In this document: piece after piece, positions 57,308-64,000 of the stretch | Layout of the letters: every line of letters begins with the position of its first letter | Numbering within the stretch: the stretch's first letter is position 1 | Origin: Ilumatobacteraceae bacterium | GTDB taxonomy: Bacteria > Actinomycetota > Acidimicrobiia > Acidimicrobiales > Ilumatobacteraceae | Assembly (NCBI GenBank): GCA_963728355.1 | Contig: CAVSJQ010000014.1 | Span: 11,953-75,952, forward strand | DNA: 64,000 bases | Reading direction: 5' to 3' | Program-made: the position numbers and the translations under genes | The notes under the pieces: generated by a model | What the model was told of the DNA's origin: nothing | The model's database searches: none | The model's input: the letters and a program-made list of their open reading frames with translations, nothing else

Positions 57308-58028
57308 CGTGGACGCGGAACTTGCCGTCGGCGCAGCGCGCCATGAACGCCCGCGTCTTGTGGTGTCGGTAGCGGAACCACTTGTTGATCTTCAGGTTGA
57401 ACGAGGTGATCGAGCCGCTGCCGCCGGTGATCTGCGGGATGCGGGCATCGGCGAGCCAGCCGAACCGACCGCGGTGGATCTTCTTGAACGTCACGGTGGT
57501 GACGATCGCGCCGCTGATCGGGTTGGCGAAGTAGGCGTGAATGAACATCTTCACCTTGCCGTGGTGGTCGCCGCCGTTGAAGACGAGCAGCTTCGAGGGC
57601 ACGTTGATCGGCCGCTGTTCGGCGAAGGCCACCTGGGCGGTCGTCTTGCCGGTGCCGATCAGCGCCTTCCTGCAGGCCCGCAGCGCGGCCTTGGTGTCGG
57701 TCGCCTGCAGCTGCCCGGAGCGGCAGACCGGCAGGCCCTTGGTGCTCACCATCGCGTGCTTGTCGATTTCCAGCAGCACCCGGCGGGCCGCGGGCGGGTG
57801 GCTTCCGTCGGCCTCTTCGACCTTGCCGGCCGCCGTCACCCCGACCGGCGCGAACCGGTGCTTGGGCAGCGCCCGCGGGAAGAAGCTGCCGTTGGCGGTC
57901 AGCTTCAGTTCGCCGACCCTCACGGTGACCGGCCCTTCGCTGCGATTCTTGGCCGCGGTCGCGGTGCCGACGATCGAGATGGCGAGCAGCGCCGCCATGG
58001 CAGCCGCCAGTGGCAGGAACCTGCGCAT
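57234..58028 (-). CDS. secreted hypothetical protein
   Basis: ATG 58028. Signal peptide MRRFLPLAAAMAALLAISIVGTATA. Confidence 0.6.
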   Translation of the reverse strand: MRRFLPLAAAMAALLAISIVGTATAAKNRSEGPVTVRVGELKLTANGSFFPRALPKHRFAPVGVTAAGKVEEADGSHPPAARRVLLEIDKHAMVSTKGLPVCRSGQLQATDTKAALRACRKALIGTGKTTAQVAFAEQRPINVPSKLLVFNGGDHHGKVKMFIHAYFANPISGAIVTTVTFKKIHRGRFGWLADARIPQITGGSGSITSFNLKINKWFRYRHHKTRAFMARCADGKFRVHVKAMFEDGTSASTEIVRACRPKGH

Positions 58029-58258
58029 CGGTAAATCCCCTCCTTGGCGAGCCGACGGCACGTCCCGGAGGCGTCGGCCCAAAAGCTTTGCGCGGCACCC
58101 GGGCTGATCCCGACCCCCGCTGCCTCCTGGTTTCCTGTTACCCGTAACCCGGACGAACCATCGCGGCTGCTGACCGAATTCTGACTTCTACCGAAAATAC
58201 GGCAGTTTGCAGGCAGTTTCTGGGACGAATCGGGGGCCGCCTCCGGCCCCGGTCAGGC

Positions 58259-58292
58259 CATCTCCCGCCCGCGCGGGCCCGGGCGGGAGATG
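58259..58292. terminator. 12-bp-stem GC-rich hairpin downstream of the 58324-59604 gene
   Basis: CATCTCCCGCCC-N10-GGGCGGGAGATG. There is no U tract. Confidence 0.4.
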
Positions 58293-58323
58293 CCGCCCGG
58301 GCCCGCCTCGGCGGGACCGTCGG

Positions 58324-59604
58324 CTAGCGGTGGCGCGACCCGCCGCCGTGGCGTGACCAGCCACCACCGTCGTGCGGGGACCAGCCCCCGGCGCTGCAGC
58401 GGCCGGTGCCCTTGTCGCTGTAGCTCGCCGGCGTTCCGGCCGGCGCTTCCGGGCTCCGCAGCGCCGACTCGTAGTCCCAGGCGTAGCCGTCCGGCAGCAG
58501 CGACAGCTTCATCGCGCCCCAGTACTGGTCCGACCAGGCTTCGAGGTTCGGGGTGCCGGGGATGACTTCGTCGAGCCCCTCGCCGCCGGTGCCGACGATG
58601 AACTCGCGGATGCCGTGGCGCGGGTCCGGTTCCCCGGCCGGGTTCATCGGCGCGAACCGCGAATACACGTGGTCGTGGCCGTTGAGGATCAGCGTCGCGT
58701 GGTGGGCGTAGAGCAGCTTCCACCAGGCGTCGGTGACTTCGCCCTCTTCGCTGTCGGCGGTGAACGGTTCGGAGGTGGAGCTGAACGTCGGCTGGTGCCA
58801 GTAGGCCAGCGTGCACGGGTCGTGGTTCCGGCTCAGGTCTTCTTCCAGCCACTGCGTCTCGCTCGCGAACCATTCGCCTTCGGTGCTGCAGCCGCCCGGC
58901 TGCACCGCGCACTCGGCGTTCAGCGAGATGACGTGCCAGTTGCCGAGGTCGTAGGAGTACCAGCCGTTGCCGTCTTCGCCGAAGCTGCCGGCCTGACCGT
59001 CCGGACGGGGCTTCGGCTGGGTGAAGGAGCCGCTCCCGCTTTCCGACGCGACCGTTTCTTCGACCGGGGTGCCGTCGGCGTTCAGCTCGGTGCCGTTGTA
59101 GTAGTCGAAGTAGCCACGGCCGTGGACGCCGGTCTGGCCGTGCTCGGAGTAGAACTCGTGATTGCCGGGCGCGGGCCGCTGCAGGAACTTGAACGCGCCG
59201 TAGGTCTTGTCGAAGGAGCCGAGGAAGTCTTCGTAGCGGCCCACCTCGTACTGCTCGTCGCCGAGGATCGCCACCAGGTTCGGCTTCATTTCCTCGATCT
59301 GGTCGGCGGTCGCGGTCTGCGCTTCCATCCGGGTCGTGTAGCCGGCGCCGGTCTTGTCGCAGACGTCCTTCTGCTTCTCGCCTTCGACCGGCGAGCCCGG
59401 CTGACAGGAGATGTCGCCGACCGTGGCCAGGACCGGCACCGGTCCCGTCCGCGCGTAGGGCCACTGGTTGTCGCCGCCGCCCGGCCAGAGATGGCCCTCG
59501 GCCAGCACCGTGCCGCTCAGCGCGGCGAGCGCCGCCACCACGACCGCCAGCCCGATCCCGAGCCTGCGGGAGAGCCGTGGCCTCCTCATCTGCACCTTCT
59601 TCAT
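58324..59604 (-). CDS. secreted calcineurin-like metallophosphoesterase
   Basis: Signal peptide. Motifs VGDISC, ILGDEQY, GNHEF and LNGHDHVY. Confidence 0.8.
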   Translation of the reverse strand: MKKVQMRRPRLSRRLGIGLAVVVAALAALSGTVLAEGHLWPGGGDNQWPYARTGPVPVLATVGDISCQPGSPVEGEKQKDVCDKTGAGYTTRMEAQTATADQIEEMKPNLVAILGDEQYEVGRYEDFLGSFDKTYGAFKFLQRPAPGNHEFYSEHGQTGVHGRGYFDYYNGTELNADGTPVEETVASESGSGSFTQPKPRPDGQAGSFGEDGNGWYSYDLGNWHVISLNAECAVQPGGCSTEGEWFASETQWLEEDLSRNHDPCTLAYWHQPTFSSTSEPFTADSEEGEVTDAWWKLLYAHHATLILNGHDHVYSRFAPMNPAGEPDPRHGIREFIVGTGGEGLDEVIPGTPNLEAWSDQYWGAMKLSLLPDGYAWDYESALRSPEAPAGTPASYSDKGTGRCSAGGWSPHDGGGWSRHGGGSRHR

Positions 59605-59771
59605 CGTCTTCCTTTCCGTTGTGGGGAGAAGCGCGACGAACGTAGGCCGGGACCCCCGGTGGCCCCGTTAACCACCTGAGACAAACGTGTGAACAGACCG
59701 AGAATTAAAGCCTGATTAGTTGTTGAGCATCCCCGGCGGAAAGGTCCGTGGAGGAGGCCTCCTGATCCGGC

Positions 59772-61013
59772 TCAGGCGTCCGGGTCGACGCCGAGCAGCC
59801 GGCCGAGCTCGCCGGCCGCCAGGTCCTCGCCCGCCGCGGCGGAGATCGCCTGCAAGAGCTCGCGCAGGCGGGCGAGGACGGTGGGGTCGGACTCCGCGAA
59901 CCGCGCGACCTGGCCGAAGCCGAGGCCCACCAGGTCCTCGAGGTCGCGGGTGGCGGCGAGCAGGCGGGGGGCGCCGTCGCCGTCGACCCGCACCGCCGCG
60001 GTGCGCGGCGCGCCGGCGAACTCGATCAGCCCGGCCGCCATCGCGTCCATCGCGGTCGTCGCGGTCGTCGGATCGTTGATCGAGGGCGAGAGCCCCTTCA
60101 GCGCGACGTCGGCGAGCTGGCGCACCGGAAAGCCCGGGTCCTGCGGCAGGCTCCGCTGCCCGCCCAGTTCGAAGTGCGAGCGCATCTGCCCCTCTGCCGT
60201 CTCGGTCCACTCGTCCTCCTTGACCCAGACCTCGGCGAGCACCTGCCCGGGGAGCACGTAGTCGCCGACCTGGGTGCTCTGGCGCACGACGGCGTCGTGT
60301 CGCGTGGCCCAACCGATCAGCTCGGCGCCCTCGACCGTCACCAGGAAGCCGGACCGCTCGCTGCGGACCGTGCGGGCCGGAGGACCTGCCATGCGCCGCT
60401 CGGCCGTCGTCCGCGCCGCCCCCTCGTCCTCGGGCTCGTCGCCGACGCCGGCCGGATACGGGTGTCGGAAGCCGGGCAGCGCGTCGGCGGCGATCGAGCC
60501 GATCACCGAGGCGGGCTGCAGCATGTTGACGATGTGCCCGACGAAGTGGGCGAAGATGCCGAAGGCGACCACCGCGAGGACGACGGCGACGGCGAGCGAG
60601 AGGTTCGGCACCCGGTGCGGGCCGAGCGACCCGAGCCGGACCAGCACCGCCAGGCAGTAGATGAAGACGCCGAGGAAGGCCGCCAGCGACACCTGGCTGG
60701 TCAGGTCGCGGCGGAAGCTGCGCAGGACGCGCGGGCTCAGCTGGTTGGCCGACAAGGTGAAGGCGACGATCGTCACCGAGATCGAGATTCCGGCGACGGA
60801 GACGGTGGCCGTGGCGATCGTCTCGAGCATGCCGCGGGCGGCGTCCTGGGTCGAGAAGACGAAGAGCGGCACGTGGACGTCGAGCCACTTGTCGATCTCC
60901 GGCATGCCGAGGCCGACGACCAGGCCGCTGCCCATCGCCAGCGCCGCCGGGAGGCCGAAGGTCGTGCGGAGGAGGTCGGCCAGCGCCGCCGCCCGCTCGC
61001 GCGGGACCTTCAT
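59772..61013 (-). CDS. DUF2254-family membrane protein
   Basis: 413 aa. N-terminal TM helices and the segment VSVAGISISVTIVAFTLSANQLSPRVLRSF. Family name is from memory. Confidence 0.6.
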   Translation of the reverse strand: MKVPRERAAALADLLRTTFGLPAALAMGSGLVVGLGMPEIDKWLDVHVPLFVFSTQDAARGMLETIATATVSVAGISISVTIVAFTLSANQLSPRVLRSFRRDLTSQVSLAAFLGVFIYCLAVLVRLGSLGPHRVPNLSLAVAVVLAVVAFGIFAHFVGHIVNMLQPASVIGSIAADALPGFRHPYPAGVGDEPEDEGAARTTAERRMAGPPARTVRSERSGFLVTVEGAELIGWATRHDAVVRQSTQVGDYVLPGQVLAEVWVKEDEWTETAEGQMRSHFELGGQRSLPQDPGFPVRQLADVALKGLSPSINDPTTATTAMDAMAAGLIEFAGAPRTAAVRVDGDGAPRLLAATRDLEDLVGLGFGQVARFAESDPTVLARLRELLQAISAAAGEDLAAGELGRLLGVDPDA

Positions 61014-61144
61014 CGGTGCCTCCTCTCTCGGCGTCGCTCCGCGTCCGCGATCTCGTCCTCACCCCGCTACCCGTTGCGGCCGCCGCGGACTCCACCCTTG
61101 CCGAAGTGGTCGGATCGCCCCATCGCGGGTACCTATTGGTCGCC

Positions 61145-61906
61145 ATGTCCACGGAGCTTCGCCCTTCCCGCGCGGACTCGGGCCCCCTCGGCCCCGACCG
61201 GCTGCGGTGCGTACCGGTGCTCCGCGTCGACCGCAGCCTCGCCGCCGGGATCGAGGGCAGGCTGCGGCCGGCCGCCGAGCGGTCCTGCGTCGCCGGCAGG
61301 ATCGACGTCGACGTCGGATCCCTGGGACCGATGCCGGGCGGCGACGGCTTCGGGCTGCTGGTCCTCGACGGGATCCTCTGCCGGCGGGTCGAGCAGGGCG
61401 GCGGCCGCGGCGCCGAGCTGATCGGCCCCGGCGACGTGGTGCGGCCCGGCGAGCCGGCGCTCGAGTGGTCGAGCCTCGAGCTCGGCTCCAGCTGGACGGC
61501 GCTCACCGCGACGCGGCTCGCCGTCCTCGACCGTCAGTTCGTGCGGCGGGCGGCGCCCTTCCCGGAGGTCGCGGTGGCCCTGAACCGCCGCACCCAGGAC
61601 CGCATGGGCCGGCTCGTCGCGCTGATGAGCATCGCCGGCCACCGCCGCCTCCACGCCCGCCTCCTGCGGCTGTTCGAGCACCTCGCCGATCGCTTCGGCG
61701 TCGTCTGCACCGACGGCGTCGAGATCCGGCTGCCGCTCACCCACGCGATCATCGCCGACCTGGTGTGCGCGCGGCGCCCCTCGGTGACCACCGCGCTATC
61801 CGAGCTGGTGGCGGAGGGCACGCTGACCCGGCGCGCGGAGGGGTGGCTCCTGCGTCGCCCGCCGTCGGCTGGGCCTGGAGGCCGAGGCGCGGCCTCGATC
61901 CCCTAG
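61145..61906 (+). CDS. Crp/Fnr-family transcriptional regulator
   Basis: ATG 61145. cNMP-binding-like N-terminus and the C-terminal HTH THAIIADLVCARRPSVTTALSELVAEG. Confidence 0.75.
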   Translation: MSTELRPSRADSGPLGPDRLRCVPVLRVDRSLAAGIEGRLRPAAERSCVAGRIDVDVGSLGPMPGGDGFGLLVLDGILCRRVEQGGGRGAELIGPGDVVRPGEPALEWSSLELGSSWTALTATRLAVLDRQFVRRAAPFPEVAVALNRRTQDRMGRLVALMSIAGHRRLHARLLRLFEHLADRFGVVCTDGVEIRLPLTHAIIADLVCARRPSVTTALSELVAEGTLTRRAEGWLLRRPPSAGPGGRGAASIP

Positions 61907-62220
61907 AGCGCCCCCTTCGCGGCGTCGCCGAAGCCGGCCTGCTCGAGGACGGTGACCTTCGGCGGGCCGGCGGCCGTGCCGGTCGCGCCGAACGCCTTGA
62001 TGTGGTCGCTCCCGCCGTGCTTCTGCAGCGCCTCGGCCGAGCTCCACTTCTCGATCATGAAGACGTGGCTCTCGTCGGCGGAATCGAGCTGCAGCGCGTA
62101 GAGCAGGCAACCCTCGTCCTTGGCGTGGGTTTCCTCGCAGAGCACCTTCAGCGCCGCCAAGGCCTCCTCGCGCCTGCCGTCCGCGATCCCGATCTCGGCC
62201 ACCACCACAACCTCGCCCAT
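61903..62220 (-). CDS. antibiotic-biosynthesis-monooxygenase (ABM) domain protein
   Basis: 105 aa. Ferredoxin-like pattern VVVVAEI...CLLYAL...FMIEKWSSAEALQKH. Confidence 0.7.
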   Translation of the reverse strand: MGEVVVVAEIGIADGRREEALAALKVLCEETHAKDEGCLLYALQLDSADESHVFMIEKWSSAEALQKHGGSDHIKAFGATGTAAGPPKVTVLEQAGFGDAAKGAL

Positions 62221-62359
62221 CGATCCTCCTCAGCTGGTTTGCGGGAGCAAACATAGACCGCGCGGGGCGCGCCGACGGATTGGGCGAGGCGCCTCGGATT
62301 GTCGGTGGCACCAATCGCGCCGGGGGCCGGACGCGTTCGCCCGCCCGCGGGCCGGCAGC

Positions 62360-63109
62360 ATGCGGCGCATGAGGATCGACGGGATCACGGCGCTGGTGAC
62401 CGGCGGCGCCTCCGGCCTCGGCCGGGCGACGGCGGAGCTCCTGGCCGAGCGCGGGGCCCGCGTCGTGGCGGTCGACCTGGCCGGGGGCGAGTCCTCCGGG
62501 CCGATCGAGACGCGCGCCGCCGACGTGCGCGACCCGGAGGCGATCGCCGCCGCCGTCGAGCGCGCCAACCAGGACGGCGAGCTGCGGGTGTGCGTGAACT
62601 GCGCCGGCGTTGGCGACTCGGGCCGCACGGTGGGCCGCGAGGGGCCGCTCGACCTGGAGGCCTTCCGGCGCGTCGTCGACATCAACCTCGTCGGCACCTT
62701 CAACGTCCTGCGCCTCGCCGCCGCGGCGATGGCCGCCAACGAGCCCCGCGAAGGCGACCGCGGGGTGATCGTCAACACCGCCTCGATCGCCGCCTTCGAC
62801 GGCCAGGTCGGCCAGGCCGCCTACGCCGCCTCCAAGGCGGGGATCGCGGGGATGGGGCTGCCGGTGGCGCGCGACCTGTCGCGCAGCCTGATCCGGGTGA
62901 TGACGATCGCCCCCGGCCTCTTCGACACCAGCATGTTCGACACCGTGGCGCCGCCGGTTCGCGAGGCGCTGGAAGCCTCGGTCCCCCACCCCGCGCGACT
63001 CGGCGACCCGCGCGAGTACGCCTCGCTGGTCGCCCACATCGTCGAGAACGGCGTCCTGAACGGGGAGACGATCCGCCTCGACGGCGCGGTCCGGATGGCG
63101 CCGCGGTAG
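62360..63109 (+). CDS. short-chain dehydrogenase/reductase (3-hydroxyacyl-CoA dehydrogenase type-2-like)
   Basis: TGGASGLG and YAASKAG (YxxxK). The start is ATG 62360 or 62369. Confidence 0.85.
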   Translation: MRRMRIDGITALVTGGASGLGRATAELLAERGARVVAVDLAGGESSGPIETRAADVRDPEAIAAAVERANQDGELRVCVNCAGVGDSGRTVGREGPLDLEAFRRVVDINLVGTFNVLRLAAAAMAANEPREGDRGVIVNTASIAAFDGQVGQAAYAASKAGIAGMGLPVARDLSRSLIRVMTIAPGLFDTSMFDTVAPPVREALEASVPHPARLGDPREYASLVAHIVENGVLNGETIRLDGAVRMAPR

Positions 63110-63197
63110 CGGGCCCCGGGGCGGCGTTTGTGGTTATCCCAGCGCCGGCCGCGGCGAGCGCTCCGGCACCGCGGCGACCTCGGGTACGGTCGTCCTC

Positions 63198-64000
63198 GTG
63201 CGGCTCGACGATCGCGGCTTCAAGCGCTACTGGGACGAGGAGCGCGAGACGATGGAGCCGCGCCTGCGCGAGAAGCTGATCCTCGAGCGGATCCGCCACC
63301 AGCTCGACTACGTCTACGCGGAGCTCCCCTTCTACCGGCGCCACTACGACGCCCACGGGTTCAAGCCCGACCAGGTGCGCTCGCTCGAGGACTTCACCGC
63401 CAAGGTCCCGGTGATCACCAAGAAGATGCTGGTCGAAGACCAAGCCGCCAACCCGCTCTTCGGCAGCTACGCGGGCAACTTCGCCGAGGCCGATATCGCC
63501 CGGATCCAGGGCTCCTCGGGGACCAGCGGCACCCCCACCCTCTACCGGGTTTCCCGCCGCGACTGGGAGCGATCGGCCGAGCTCGCCGCGCTGGCCCTCT
63601 GGGCCACCGGGATCAGGCCCGACGACGTCGCCCAGATCAGCTTCCCGTTCGCCCTCTTCTTCGGCGGCTGGGGGGTGCTGCAGGGCCTCGAACGGATGGG
63701 CGCCACCAACTTCCCGCTCGGCGCGGTCAGCTCCGCCCAGCACCTGGAGATGATGCAGCGGCTCGAGCCCTCGCTGTTCGTCGGCACGCCCTCCTATTGC
63801 CGACACCTGGCGACCACCGCGGCCGAGCAGGGCATCGACGTAGCCGCGGGCTCGGTGAAGCGCCTGCTGGTCGGCGGCGAGCCGGGCGGCAGCCGGGCCG
63901 GGGTCAAGGAGTCGCTGTGCGCCGCCTGGGGCGCCGAGGCGTTCGACTCCGGCTCCACCTCGGAGATGTTCCCCTTCAACACCAACGTCGAGTCCGAGAC
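63198..64000 (+). CDS. phenylacetate-CoA-ligase-family (PaaK-like) adenylating enzyme, 5' part (runs off the right edge)
   Basis: GTG 63198. YWDEERETMEP...LPFYRRHYD...GSSGTSGTPT. There is no stop in the window, so it is absent from the ORF track. Confidence 0.8.
   Translation, partial: MRLDDRGFKRYWDEERETMEPRLREKLILERIRHQLDYVYAELPFYRRHYDAHGFKPDQVRSLEDFTAKVPVITKKMLVEDQAANPLFGSYAGNFAEADIARIQGSSGTSGTPTLYRVSRRDWERSAELAALALWATGIRPDDVAQISFPFALFFGGWGVLQGLERMGATNFPLGAVSSAQHLEMMQRLEPSLFVGTPSYCRHLATTAAEQGIDVAAGSVKRLLVGGEPGGSRAGVKESLCAAWGAEAFDSGSTSEMFPFNTNVESE

Overview
This is a 64-kb window of a very GC-rich, actinobacterial-type chromosome. I can support about 60 genes, 3 tRNAs and 2 IS elements. There are no rRNA genes and no CRISPR array.

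Bases 1 to about 26,380 look like the integrase-proximal arm of an integrative, mobilisable element. It abuts the 3' end of tRNA-Glu(CUC) and its far end lies off the left edge. It carries a tyrosine integrase, an excisionase-type HTH and a MobF relaxase with a candidate oriT. It is packed with conflict and defence genes:
- an AEP-primase/SF2-helicase fusion
- a TIR protein with an unusual Asn-Arg-repeat coiled coil
- an ImmA/IrrE-DUF4411 pair followed on the same strand by a 1161-aa Cas4-like nuclease / RNaseH-like / Upf1-like helicase
- a Type III R-M operon whose mod and res genes are each split by a different IS, both with intact target-site duplications
- a SIR2-HerA pair whose HerA carries a C-terminal KTSC domain

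Bases 26.4-64 kb are core-like housekeeping, transport and regulator genes. Within them, 37,848-47,984 is a seven-gene, stop/start-overlapping minus-strand operon: ArgRS-like ligase, fused PabA-PabB ADC synthase, GNAT, HDAC-like amidohydrolase, chorismate-mutase-like protein, P450, and a flavin N-hydroxylase-like protein read through into a lipoprotein PQQ-type propeller. I read this as an uncharacterised chorismate/aminoarene-derived biosynthetic cluster.

All calls come from reading translations and motifs by eye. No database search was run.
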